This document shows positions 7,718-15,292 of a stretch of 39,539 nt of DNA, one piece after another. Under the pieces are notes generated by a model, which saw nothing but the letters and a program-made list of their open reading frames with translations, was not told where the DNA came from and did not search any database. The number at the start of each line of letters is the position of its first letter. Position 1 is the stretch's first letter. A program made the position numbers and the translations under genes. Source of the DNA: a virus; the IMG/VR virus record IMGVR_UViG_3300033552_000025, positions 1 to 39,539 of that record, one strand, 5' to 3'.

Positions 7718-7934
7718 TGACGGCTCCTAAGGTGCGCGCGGTCCACTCTGGATCGTCGTCAAAAAACTCCGTATATCCACAATGCACGCATGTGTAAATT
7801 TCACCAACAAATCTCATGTCAATATCGTCATCAGCAACAAAGGAAAACTTTATATTCTTTCCGGTCGTCGGGTTAGGCCCATTGATCAGATGTAGTGCAC
7901 CATGCCCGTATCGGCAGGTAGGATCAACTTTCAT
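7698..7934 (-). CDS. Small zinc-ribbon-like protein, 78 aa (C..H ... CVHCGYTEFF)
   Basis: ATG at 7934 with an AAGGAA RBS; the track ORF starts at an upstream GTG. The C-terminal CxxCGYxEFF motif resembles the Zn-ribbon family. Confidence 0.6.
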   Translation of the reverse strand: MKVDPTCRYGHGALHLINGPNPTTGKNIKFSFVADDDIDMRFVGEIYTCVHCGYTEFFDDDPEWTARTLGAVNVDPQN

Positions 7935-7968
7935 ATTTCCTTTCACTCCCCGCGCCTACCTGGGCGGG

Positions 7969-8166
7969 TTATTCAACTTCTACCGAGGATGGGCAGGAGC
8001 CTTCATGAATTTGCCAAAACTTCTGACCGGCGTAGTTGTATTCGCATTTCCACATCCACTTGTAAGTGACGGTTTGAACCTGCTCTTGGCGACCCGTCCA
8101 AAAAGCCGTTGCAGCGTACGCTGGCGCGGCAACAGCAATTACCACTAATATCCATAGCTTTTTCAT
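7969..8166 (-). CDS. Small secreted protein, 65 aa, with a Sec-type signal peptide (MKKLWILVVIAVAAPAYA|A)
   Basis: GGGGGA RBS, a classical n-h-c signal with an AxA site, and two Cys in the mature part. Confidence 0.65.
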   Translation of the reverse strand: MKKLWILVVIAVAAPAYAATAFWTGRQEQVQTVTYKWMWKCEYNYAGQKFWQIHEGSCPSSVEVE

Positions 8167-8206
8167 GTAATCCCCCTTATTCGGCCAGAAGGCGGGCCGT
8201 TGCGCC

Positions 8207-8236
8207 GTTATATTTGGAAATATTGCGAATCGTCAA
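8207..8236 (-). promoter_or_regulatory. Sigma70-like promoter for the 3-gene cassette (TTGACG-N18-TATAAC, minus strand)
   Basis: The -35 is the reverse complement of 8231..8236 and the -10 is the reverse complement of 8207..8212. It lies about 40 nt upstream of the 8166 start. Confidence 0.5.
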
Positions 8237-8590
8237 TAATCATTCTGATCGGGTAAAAATCACGCATATACACTATTTATTTCTAACGTGCAATATCACA
8301 AAAACACTGTTACACTCGAATGTCACGCAATGTAAATTGCCTTGCACCAACTCAGCGACGGGCGTAATTTGAGACTGCGCCCCAAGAAATGTCGCTGACC
8401 TCTTGGCCCCGAAACCCCGCGCCAAGTTGTCAAATGAGAGTGCCGCCAGATGTACGCGGGTTAGTAGAGCCAGCTTGACCCCATCGTCCACGCCTAGAAA
8501 ATGCACAGACAAATTGATAATGAAATGCTCGCCCTTTTTGCCTCGATTAATGATGACGCCCAAGCAGAAGTATTGAAATTTGTCAGAGCT

Positions 8591-9040
8591 TTACGAATGC
8601 GTCATCCCCGGCGTCTTACCCTTGTCGCTCCCTGCGCCCCGCAGTCGGTCCCGAACGTTATCAGCAGCGATCTTGAACATCTCGCCTTCAATGTCGTTCG
8701 CATGCCTGAACATCGTAAGTAGCTCGCGTTCGTCCGCGTTCCTTGCCAATGGGTCAAGGGAGTCGGCAAACGGTATCGATTCGGTAGGTGTTGGCTGTGA
8801 TGATGCTGCCGCCTGGTGTTCGGCGAGTAACTGAACAACCGAAACGCCCAGCGCAGCTGCAAGCTTTTCCACTGTGTCGAGCTTCGTGGATACCTCGCCC
8901 TTCTTGACGCGGTCGATTGTTCCAGTTCCCACGCCCGAGCGCTTGTGCAATTTTGCGATCGTATCTAAGTCCGGGTTTTTCTGCATGAGATCGGACAGAT
9001 TCGCAGCCAGTATTTGTTCTAGTGTCATTATTTTTCTCAT
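8591..9040 (-). CDS. CI-like repressor, XRE-family HTH, 149 aa, with no S24 peptidase domain
   Basis: The HTH segment is LMQKNPDLDTIAKLHKRSGVGTGTIDRVKKGE..LDTVEKLAAALGVSV. The gene is divergent from the cro-like gene with operators between them. The start is MRKIMTLEQ (9040) or MTLEQ (9028); the longer track ORF would run through the operators. Confidence 0.8.
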   Translation of the reverse strand: MRKIMTLEQILAANLSDLMQKNPDLDTIAKLHKRSGVGTGTIDRVKKGEVSTKLDTVEKLAAALGVSVVQLLAEHQAAASSQPTPTESIPFADSLDPLARNADERELLTMFRHANDIEGEMFKIAADNVRDRLRGAGSDKGKTPGMTHS

Positions 9041-9064
9041 GACGGCACTTTGCCGCAAATAGCG

Positions 9065-9100
9065 TCCCATTTGTGGGTTGCATAAATCCCGTTTATGGGA
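9065..9100. promoter_or_regulatory. Operator pair OR: TCCCAtttgTGGGT (9065..9078) and TCCCGtttaTGGGA (9087..9100)
   Basis: Same inverted-repeat motif and the same 22-bp spacing as at 7062..7097. Confidence 0.65.
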
Positions 9101-9106
9101 TATTCT
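9078..9106 (+). promoter_or_regulatory. PR-like early-right promoter (TTGCAT-N17-TATTCT)
   Basis: The -35 is 9078..9083 and the -10 is 9101..9106. An operator fills the spacer, mirroring the PL arrangement. Confidence 0.6.
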
Positions 9107-9113
9107 GCAATCT

Positions 9114-9347
9114 ATGACTACCAAAACCATTCCCCGTGTCGAGTTTGTAGTGAGCCGTTTGCGCGCTGCAATGCCTCGTTTATGGCCCGAGATCGCCAAG
9201 CAAAGCGGCGTACCGGAAAAAACCATCTGCAAGATTGCTTACAGGGAGACAAAAGACCCCCGTACCAGCACGACCGAAGCGCTTCACGACTACTTTGACG
9301 CGCAGGACAAGCCCACCAAACGCCGCGCCCAAGTGACGCCGCCTTGA
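9114..9347 (+). CDS. Cro-like small DNA-binding protein, 77 aa (possibly leaderless)
   Basis: First ATG downstream of the PR -10, at about the predicted transcription start. Position and size fit Cro, and LWPEIAKQSGVPEKTICKIAY is HTH-like. Confidence 0.5.
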   Translation: MTTKTIPRVEFVVSRLRAAMPRLWPEIAKQSGVPEKTICKIAYRETKDPRTSTTEALHDYFDAQDKPTKRRAQVTPP

Positions 9348-9447
9348 CACATCAATGTGTCCAGGTGCTTTGTTGCGCCTGAAAAGTTGCAGTAAATCAA
9401 TTGACTACCCGAACCATTCCTGAAACCCGCACCACTAGGAAAACACA

Positions 9448-9699
9448 ATGAACCTGAACACTCGTCACAACAAGATCGAAATGCGCGCCAGCGACACGGA
9501 GCGCGAGAACTACAGGCAGCTTGGCATCGTGCTCGATGAGCCTTTCAGCACCGTGCTTCGTCGCCTCGCCAACCGTGAGGTACAGCGCCATGGTATCGGG
9601 GGTGATGGGCCAAAGGAATCCCGACACTGTCCGGGCGTTGGCAAGAAAGTTGCAAGCCGTGCCTCTGTTGGCATTGGGCGTATGCGGAGGCAGGTTTGA
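9448..9699 (+). CDS. Hypothetical protein, 83 aa, with an RHH-like N-terminal segment
   Basis: AGGAAA RBS. IEMRASDTERENYRQLGIVLDEPFSTVLRRLA resembles ribbon-helix-helix proteins. The C-terminal half is low quality. Confidence 0.35.
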   Translation: MNLNTRHNKIEMRASDTERENYRQLGIVLDEPFSTVLRRLANREVQRHGIGGDGPKESRHCPGVGKKVASRASVGIGRMRRQV

Positions 9700-9726
9700 G
9701 GGCTTCCGGCTACGAAGCGAGCAGGC

Positions 9727-9756
9727 AAAAAAATAGCCCGGTGTACGAGACCGGGC
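9727..9756 (-). terminator. Hairpin with a U-tract on the minus strand only (7-bp stem GCCCGGT/ACCGGGC)
   Basis: On the plus strand an A7 run precedes the stem, so the element reads as an intrinsic terminator only for leftward transcription. Confidence 0.4.
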
Positions 9757-9778
9757 CACAACTTACAGAAAGCATTCA

Positions 9779-9961
9779 ATGGACAAGATACCACATCCCG
9801 AATCGAAAGTCCTATCCAAGTGCGGCGACTTCTATGACGCTGAAATGTCGCGCCCTAAAGGCGATGTGTACGCCACAAAACGCGCCCTTTTGCTGTCAGT
9901 GACCGAGATGCGCCAAGCTAAGGCCGACGCCACCAAGAAAGCCGAGGCGCACCATGGCTGA
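9779..9961 (+). CDS. Hypothetical protein, 60 aa
   Basis: Track ORF in operon register. Confidence 0.4.
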   Translation: MDKIPHPESKVLSKCGDFYDAEMSRPKGDVYATKRALLLSVTEMRQAKADATKKAEAHHG

Positions 9962-10172
9962 CGTTGACGCCCTCGCATTCGACAATATCCGCGCCTACTT
10001 TCAAGAGTCCGGCGCAACAGCCTATCTTGCCGGTCATTCCCGCGACTCGCACGACCTCAATCCCCGCAGCCCTGCTATCCCCGACTTCGAAGCTGGATGG
10101 GATACCGCAGCATCAAGCCAGTTTGCCATCACGCCAGTTAAGCGTGTTGATGCGGCGCAGGTGGCGGCATGA
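9954..10172 (+). CDS. Hypothetical protein, 72 aa
   Basis: Track ORF that overlaps the upstream stop. Confidence 0.5.
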   Translation: MADVDALAFDNIRAYFQESGATAYLAGHSRDSHDLNPRSPAIPDFEAGWDTAASSQFAITPVKRVDAAQVAA

Positions 10173-10408
10173 ACGCGCAGCAGATCGCCATTGGCGAAAT
10201 CATGCAACTCAATCCAGACCCGGACATTACAAGCAATGCGATGTTCTGCGCCTGTCTGTTCGTCATCACTGAACCGAAACCATGGGGCGCGCAAGGCTAC
10301 GTGCAGGGCCTGGGTGCGAACGGTGAACGCGGCGGGCAAGCGCACTACCGCGCCAGGTGGGAGGAAATGGAGCCAACTGGCGGGCGCGCTGAATGGGTGC
10401 CAGCATGA
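10169..10408 (+). CDS. Hypothetical protein, 79 aa
   Basis: ATGA coupling to the upstream gene. Confidence 0.5.
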   Translation: MNAQQIAIGEIMQLNPDPDITSNAMFCACLFVITEPKPWGAQGYVQGLGANGERGGQAHYRARWEEMEPTGGRAEWVPA

Positions 10409-10533
10409 CGCCGAATCAAACGGCTATCCGCGCAGCCGAGAACATGCGCAACCTCCCCACACCAGCAGAGAAGCGCGCCCTGGCGCATGAACTGTGCCGC
10501 TACATGCTCGCCATCCTGAAGGGTGGCAAGTAA
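10405..10533 (+). CDS. Hypothetical protein, 42 aa (MTPNQTAIRAAENMRNLPTPAEKRALAHELCRYMLAILKGGK)
   Basis: Hand-translated. ATGA overlap upstream and TAATG overlap downstream. Confidence 0.35.
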   Translation: MTPNQTAIRAAENMRNLPTPAEKRALAHELCRYMLAILKGGK

Positions 10534-11351
10534 TGGCCGGCGAGTGGATTAAGGTCCGCACGAACCTGTGGGACGACCCGCGCGTTACAAAGCTGTGCGA
10601 CCTGACCGCCATGACTGAAGCAACCGTTATCGGTGGTCTGTACTGGCTTTGGGCAACTGCTGACGAACACACGGAAACCGGCCACATGCCGGGGTTGAGC
10701 ATCACAGGTATTGACCGCAAGACAGGTATCAAAGGCTTTGGCGCAGCACTCATCACGATCGAATGGATCACAGACACCGAGGGCGGGATCACCCTGAATC
10801 GCTTTGATGAGCACAACGGCGCCTCTGCCAAGAACCGCGTTACTACGGCTAAACGCGTAGCAAAACATGCTGCGAAGTCAAAATCTGACGCTAAGGCTAA
10901 CGCTCAACAAGCGGTAGATACACCAACTGCTAACGCACCGATCGTTAGCTCACCGTTACCTAGAGAAGAGAAGAGAAGAGAAGAAGAAAGTCAAAAGCTT
11001 CCCCATACCCCGCAAGCGGGGCTTGTCCGGAAATCTTCGAACGTAATCTCGCTCCGCACCTACCTCGAGCAATGCAAGGCAGCAAATGCCAAGCCGATTC
11101 CTGCTGACGATTCTGTTTTTGACTATGCCGACAAGGTGGGTCTTTCGAAAGACTTCCTCCTGCTGCACTGGTCGGAGTTCAAGGATCGCTACACCGCCGA
11201 AGGGGCGAAGCGCTACAAGTCCTGGACATCCGTGTTTGGTCGATCCGTACGTGGCAACTGGCTCAAGCTTTGGTACATGGACAACAACGGCGGCTTCTCG
11301 CTGACGACTGTAGGCCAGCAGGCAAAACGAATTCATGGGGAGGCGATATGA
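10533..11351 (+). CDS. Replisome organiser / replication initiation protein, 272 aa
   Basis: N-terminus MAGEWIKVRTNLWDDPRVTKL matches the phage replisome-organiser N-domain pattern (W.K....lfdD.k). The gene lies immediately upstream of dnaB and is ATGA-coupled to it. Confidence 0.6.
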   Translation: MAGEWIKVRTNLWDDPRVTKLCDLTAMTEATVIGGLYWLWATADEHTETGHMPGLSITGIDRKTGIKGFGAALITIEWITDTEGGITLNRFDEHNGASAKNRVTTAKRVAKHAAKSKSDAKANAQQAVDTPTANAPIVSSPLPREEKRREEESQKLPHTPQAGLVRKSSNVISLRTYLEQCKAANAKPIPADDSVFDYADKVGLSKDFLLLHWSEFKDRYTAEGAKRYKSWTSVFGRSVRGNWLKLWYMDNNGGFSLTTVGQQAKRIHGEAI

Positions 11352-12697
11352 CTCGCGAACTGTTTTCCCTGAGCGCCGAGCAAGCCGTACTCGGTTCGAT
11401 CCTGACCAGCAATGACGCGCTGGACAAAATCCCGGCACTGACCGACGCCGACTTCTACCGCGCCGACCATCGCCACATTTACGCCGAGATGGTCAAGCAG
11501 ATCGCCACCGGCAAGCGAGCCGACGCGATCACCCTGGCCGACACGCTCAAGGACAAGGTAGCCGACTGCCTGCCGTACCTGTTCCAGCTTCAGGCATCGG
11601 CCGGCAGCGCCGCCAACATCGTCAAGCACGCCGAGATTGTCCGGGACCGCGCCATGCTGCGTTCGCTCGAGTCGTTCGGCATGGAAGCGCAAGCCGAAGC
11701 GCACGGCGCCGTAGAGCCTGCAATCGTTGTCTGCGACCGCCTGGCGCAAAAGCTCGAGCTGCTTGCACAGAGCAAGGAAACCAGCGCACCAGTCAAAGCT
11801 GGCGACCTGCTGAGCGATTACGTGGAATTGCTGACCGCTCGCATGGAAGGCACGGTCAAGCCGATCAGCACCGGGTTCCGTGACCTCGACACCATGCTTG
11901 ACGGTGGACTCGAGCGCGGAACAATGTCGATCCTCGCGGCACGCCCTGGCATGGGCAAAACCGCGATGGGCCTGGCACTGTCCCGCAATGTCGGCATTGA
12001 CGGCGTGAGCCTGTTCCTCTCCATGGAAATGAGCAAGTCCCAAGTGAGCGACCGGAACATTGCCGCTCTCGGTGGCCTGTCCGTCTCCTGGCTGCGCAAG
12101 CCGAAGGAAACCGATCCGATGAATTGGGATCGCGTGACCGCTGCATTCAGTAAGGCGCAAGAGCTGAACATGTTCATTGACGACGAGACAAGCCTGTCGA
12201 TGCTCGAGATACGCGCCAAGGCTCGAGGCATCAAGCGCCGGCATGGGCTGGATCTGCTGGTGATCGATCAACTGAGCTTCATCACTGGCAGCGCGAGCAA
12301 GGAAAACAAGGCCTACGAGATTGGCGAGCATACGCGCGGCGCCGTCGCCCTGTCGAAGGAGCTTGACTGCGCCGTGCTGCTGCTGGCTCAGCTCAACCGG
12401 GATTGCGAGAAGCGGCAGGACCGGCGCCCGATCATGGCCGACCTGGCTATGTCCGGATCGATTGAGCAGGACGCGGCGAACGTCATTTTCCTGTACCGGG
12501 ATGAAGTCTACAACCCGAACACTCGAGACAAGGGCATTTGCGAAGTGATTACCGGCAAGCAGCGCCAAGGCAATCCCGGCACTGTCGGCTTAAATTTCCT
12601 CGGGTCATCAACCAACTTTGCCGATCTGCAATACGCATGGGTTCCGCCAAATGAGCGGGAGCAAGAACCTAAATCACGCCGGGGAGGCTTTGAATGA
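11348..12697 (+). CDS. dnaB: Replicative DNA helicase DnaB, 449 aa
   Basis: N-terminus AEQAVLGSIL, Walker A ARPGMGKTAMGL, then LFLSMEMS, LLVIDQLSF, LLAQLNR and RQG. Confidence 0.93.
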   Translation: MTRELFSLSAEQAVLGSILTSNDALDKIPALTDADFYRADHRHIYAEMVKQIATGKRADAITLADTLKDKVADCLPYLFQLQASAGSAANIVKHAEIVRDRAMLRSLESFGMEAQAEAHGAVEPAIVVCDRLAQKLELLAQSKETSAPVKAGDLLSDYVELLTARMEGTVKPISTGFRDLDTMLDGGLERGTMSILAARPGMGKTAMGLALSRNVGIDGVSLFLSMEMSKSQVSDRNIAALGGLSVSWLRKPKETDPMNWDRVTAAFSKAQELNMFIDDETSLSMLEIRAKARGIKRRHGLDLLVIDQLSFITGSASKENKAYEIGEHTRGAVALSKELDCAVLLLAQLNRDCEKRQDRRPIMADLAMSGSIEQDAANVIFLYRDEVYNPNTRDKGICEVITGKQRQGNPGTVGLNFLGSSTNFADLQYAWVPPNEREQEPKSRRGGFE

Positions 12698-12767
12698 CTG
12701 CCAAGAACAAGCTGTGGGCCGCTGAAATGCGGACCGTGGCGATGCTCAAGGGTAGCGGGGTGGCAGC

Positions 12768-13004
12768 GTGAGCGCGCCAATCTTCGCGCCTGGCGATGTG
12801 GTGCGCGTGATTGACCCGAAAGGCTTTCTCTCAGCCTTTGAAAAGAGAATATCGAATCGGGATGCAGTCGTTGAATGGGTTGGGCCGGATCGAATCGGGC
12901 AATGGCAAGGATACATGAAGGTTCGTTTTCTCAAGCGGGGCGGGCGCGGCTTGGAATTTACGGAAATCATGCAAATGCGCGACTTTTCCAAGGTGGCCGC
13001 ATGA
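12768..13004 (+). CDS. Hypothetical protein, 78 aa (GTG start)
   Basis: Track ORF in operon register. Confidence 0.45.
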   Translation: MSAPIFAPGDVVRVIDPKGFLSAFEKRISNRDAVVEWVGPDRIGQWQGYMKVRFLKRGGRGLEFTEIMQMRDFSKVAA

Positions 13005-13402
13005 CGCTTAAGCGCACAGCTATGTTGAGGAAGCGACCTGAAGCCGACTACGCGAGCGTACCTGTTCGCAAGGAAGCGAAGCGTATGAAGTCGAAGGGGC
13101 CGAAGATGACGCCAATTCGCAAGTCGGCACGCAATCAGGATTGCACTCTCTGCCTGCCGGGGGTGTGCAACCGCGACCCGGCCACAACGGTGCTTTGCCA
13201 TAGCAACTACCTCGCAGACGGTAAGGGCATGGGCTTGAAAGCGCCGGATACCGCCGCCGTGTATGGCTGTAGCGCCTGCCATGACGTTCTGGATGGTCGC
13301 AGGCCACGCCCTGACGGGATATCCAAGTTCGAGCTGGAAGGCGCGTTTTATGCCGCCATGCTGCGCACTCACGCGATATTGCGCGCAAAAGGGCTGCTAT
13401 GA
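13001..13402 (+). CDS. YbcO/Ref-family (DUF1364) nuclease, 133 aa
   Basis: SARNQDCTLCLPGVCNRDPATTVLCH ... GCSACHDVLDGR aligns by eye with E. coli YbcO (AARGRECQVRIPGVCNGNPETSVLAH ... ACSACHDEIDRR). ATGA-coupled start. Confidence 0.8.
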   Translation: MTLKRTAMLRKRPEADYASVPVRKEAKRMKSKGPKMTPIRKSARNQDCTLCLPGVCNRDPATTVLCHSNYLADGKGMGLKAPDTAAVYGCSACHDVLDGRRPRPDGISKFELEGAFYAAMLRTHAILRAKGLL

Positions 13403-13707
13403 GCTTTATGCGCAAAGCCGACGCCAACCAGCCCGCCATCGTCAAAGCACTGCGCGGCGCAGGTTGCACCGTTGAACACCTTCACGCAGTAGGACGGGGC
13501 TGTCCTGACCTCCTGTGCGCCATCGACGGGCAAGTGTTCCTAATCGAAGTAAAGGATGGAGCCAAAGCGCCAAGCGCGCAGAAGTTGACGCCGGATCAAG
13601 TCGTATGGCACACCGGCTGGAAAGCAGAAGTTCACGTTGTTAATTCGGTGGAGGCGGCTTTGGCTGTCGTCGCCATATATCGCGCACTCACCAAGGAAAC
13701 CACATGA
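13399..13707 (+). CDS. VRR-NUC / PD-(D/E)xK nuclease, 102 aa
   Basis: The GCPDLL ... FLIEVKDG motif with Q..W downstream, plus size and context typical of phage VRR-NUC proteins. Confidence 0.7.
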   Translation: MSFMRKADANQPAIVKALRGAGCTVEHLHAVGRGCPDLLCAIDGQVFLIEVKDGAKAPSAQKLTPDQVVWHTGWKAEVHVVNSVEAALAVVAIYRALTKETT

Positions 13708-13871
13708 ACCGCAAGCAAGCCGAAAAGATGCTCAAACGCCTGGCCGACACAGCCGAAATCCTCTCTGTCGCTCAAGCGTCACTGTCCGAGACGAACGCGG
13801 TACTTGTCGATCTGCTGGCGGCGGCAATGACCGAGCCAACGAGCGACAACACGCCGCAAACGATGCAGTAA
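13704..13871 (+). CDS. Hypothetical protein, 55 aa
   Basis: Hand-translated with an ATGA overlap to the upstream gene. Confidence 0.4.
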   Translation: MNRKQAEKMLKRLADTAEILSVAQASLSETNAVLVDLLAAAMTEPTSDNTPQTMQ

Positions 13872-13918
13872 CCAATTCGGGCAACCGCCCATAACGCAGC
13901 ACCACTAGGGAGCATCAC

Positions 13919-14128
13919 ATGAGTAATCAAAAAAATAATAGCAGCAGTAGTGGCATCGGCGTAGTCGGCCTGTTGGGCATCGTATTTGTGACGCTGAAAC
14001 TGCTTGGCATCACTGCTGTGGCTAACTGGTCGTGGTGGTGGGTAACGCTGCCATTCTGGGTTGGCATCCCGATTTTCATTATTGGCGCGCTCGGCGCGAT
14101 TGCCTACTACACCCTGCACCGCAAGTAA
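13919..14128 (+). CDS. Membrane protein, 69 aa (2 TM)
   Basis: GGGAG RBS and two hydrophobic segments. Confidence 0.55.
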   Translation: MSNQKNNSSSSGIGVVGLLGIVFVTLKLLGITAVANWSWWWVTLPFWVGIPIFIIGALGAIAYYTLHRK

Positions 14129-14177
14129 CGTCAACCCGAAGCCGCCCGGTAGCGCGGCAATAACGATAGGGGATGAA

Positions 14178-14339
14178 ATGAATAAGCCAATTGAATGTAG
14201 CGCGGAAGATAAGGCAGCAGCGAATGAGGCGTTTGAGTATTGCCTGTTTGCGCTACAGCGGCACGGCATTGATATATCTGGTGATGACGATGCTTGCCGC
14301 AAGTTGTTGCTGTCAATCGTACACGCCATTAAGGACTGA
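14178..14339 (+). CDS. Hypothetical protein, 53 aa
   Basis: Internal ATG of the track ORF with an RBS (GGGGA). Confidence 0.45.
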   Translation: MNKPIECSAEDKAAANEAFEYCLFALQRHGIDISGDDDACRKLLLSIVHAIKD

Positions 14340-14341
14340 CC

Positions 14342-14503
14342 ATGCCCACTCTCGCCTATATCCTCGGCTTCATCATTATTGGCTTCGTGTTAGCCGTCCT
14401 GTTCGGGCGCGCTGCACGTCTCGGCGGCGATCAGGAGGTGCCACCACCACCAAAGCCGACCACTTGCGAGAGTGCGGCTAGTCACGATGAGGGGCGCATG
14501 TGA
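14342..14503 (+). CDS. Small membrane protein, 53 aa (N-terminal TM, PPPP segment)
   Basis: Hand-translated. Its stop overlaps the start of the next gene. Confidence 0.35.
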   Translation: MPTLAYILGFIIIGFVLAVLFGRAARLGGDQEVPPPPKPTTCESAASHDEGRM

Positions 14504-14745
14504 TGAAGCAACTAAAGCCAAAATTAACCCCGCTTCCATGCCCTTTTTGTGGTGCAAAGCCAAAAGTTGGCCCCACAAACCCGGACCGAGACGGCAACGC
14601 GTGGGGTTATGTGCAATGCGCAAGCAAACGCTGCCCCATCAATCCAAGGGCTGAGGACGGCCAAGAAATGGCAGATGAGCGCGGCACGGGCGCATACATC
14701 GATTGCGCCATTAAGCGCTGGAACAAACGGAAGGTCGCGCCATGA
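14503..14745 (+). CDS. Lar-family restriction-alleviation protein, 80 aa
   Basis: The pattern LPCPFCGAKP ... WGYVQCASKRCP ... AIKRWNKR is the Lar-family pattern (CPFCG .. W.V.C..C .. AI..WN.R). Confidence 0.7.
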   Translation: MKQLKPKLTPLPCPFCGAKPKVGPTNPDRDGNAWGYVQCASKRCPINPRAEDGQEMADERGTGAYIDCAIKRWNKRKVAP

Positions 14746-15152
14746 CCCAAGCAAGCAACCTGCGCCGCGTGCGCAAAGACGACTCGCCATTCATCGAGCG
14801 CCGCACAGACGGACTCGATATCTGTCTCGACTGTTGGGTGCGATCTATGGCAACAGGGAGGGACGACAAAGACTTGGGAGTGCAGCGCCTGGAAATGCTG
14901 TGCGGGGATGGCGACGGCTACGGCAACGACGACACCGGCCAGCAGCGCCGGGATAACGAGATAGCCGTAGCGACAAATGCCATGATTGACAGCTTAAGCC
15001 GCGTTCATTGGTGGGCGATACGCCGAAAGATGGGGCTTGCAACCGTCTGGAACTATCCGAATCAGGACTATATGCACGTCGCAATCGAGGCGTGCATAGA
15101 ATTGACCGCCAAGCTGCGCCGGAACCCTACAACAGCAGTGTGGTTTCTTTGA
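14742..15152 (+). CDS. Possible late-gene regulator (Q-type antiterminator-like), 136 aa
   Basis: Last early-right gene, directly upstream of a strong promoter followed by two terminators. Resemblance to small Q proteins (W..W ... D..A ... helical C-terminus) is weak, so the call is mostly positional. Confidence 0.4.
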   Translation: MTQASNLRRVRKDDSPFIERRTDGLDICLDCWVRSMATGRDDKDLGVQRLEMLCGDGDGYGNDDTGQQRRDNEIAVATNAMIDSLSRVHWWAIRRKMGLATVWNYPNQDYMHVAIEACIELTAKLRRNPTTAVWFL

Positions 15153-15171
15153 TATTTCCCATCAAAAATGA

Positions 15172-15200
15172 TTGCATTTGGAAAGATTTCCGCGTAGAAT
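15172..15200 (+). promoter_or_regulatory. Late promoter (TTGCAT-N17-TAGAAT)
   Basis: Near-consensus sigma70 hexamers with 17-nt spacing, between the Q-like gene and the first terminator. Confidence 0.65.
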
Positions 15201-15233
15201 TCGGTTCACTGGGTGTTTTCTGACGCCTAGACA

Positions 15234-15267
15234 AAAGCCTGCCTCTTAATCGACGCGGGCTTTTTTA
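15234..15267 (+). terminator. Rho-independent terminator about 30-60 nt downstream of the late promoter
   Basis: AGCCTGC ... GCGGGCT stem (one G-U pair) followed by TTTTTT. Confidence 0.7.
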
Positions 15268-15292
15268 CGTTTACGCACCGATGCGAGGCGAT

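Noticed and set aside
8240-8722. ORFs 8273..8563 (-), 8501..8722 (+) and 8109..8372 (+) in the AT-rich gap between the cassette promoter and the repressor gene.
   Set aside because: They have no RBS, their translations look random, and 8501..8722 runs antisense through the 3' end of the repressor gene. The gap does contain hairpins (CAGCGAC/GTCGCTG with nested GGGCG/CGCCC, and CTTGGC/GCCAAG). I could not support a specific gene or RNA call.
12694-12771. A 25-aa ORF (MTAKNKLWAAEMRTVAMLKGSGVAA) bridging dnaB and the next gene by ATGA and GTGA overlaps.
   Set aside because: It is too short and featureless to support. It may only reflect spacing between the coupled genes.
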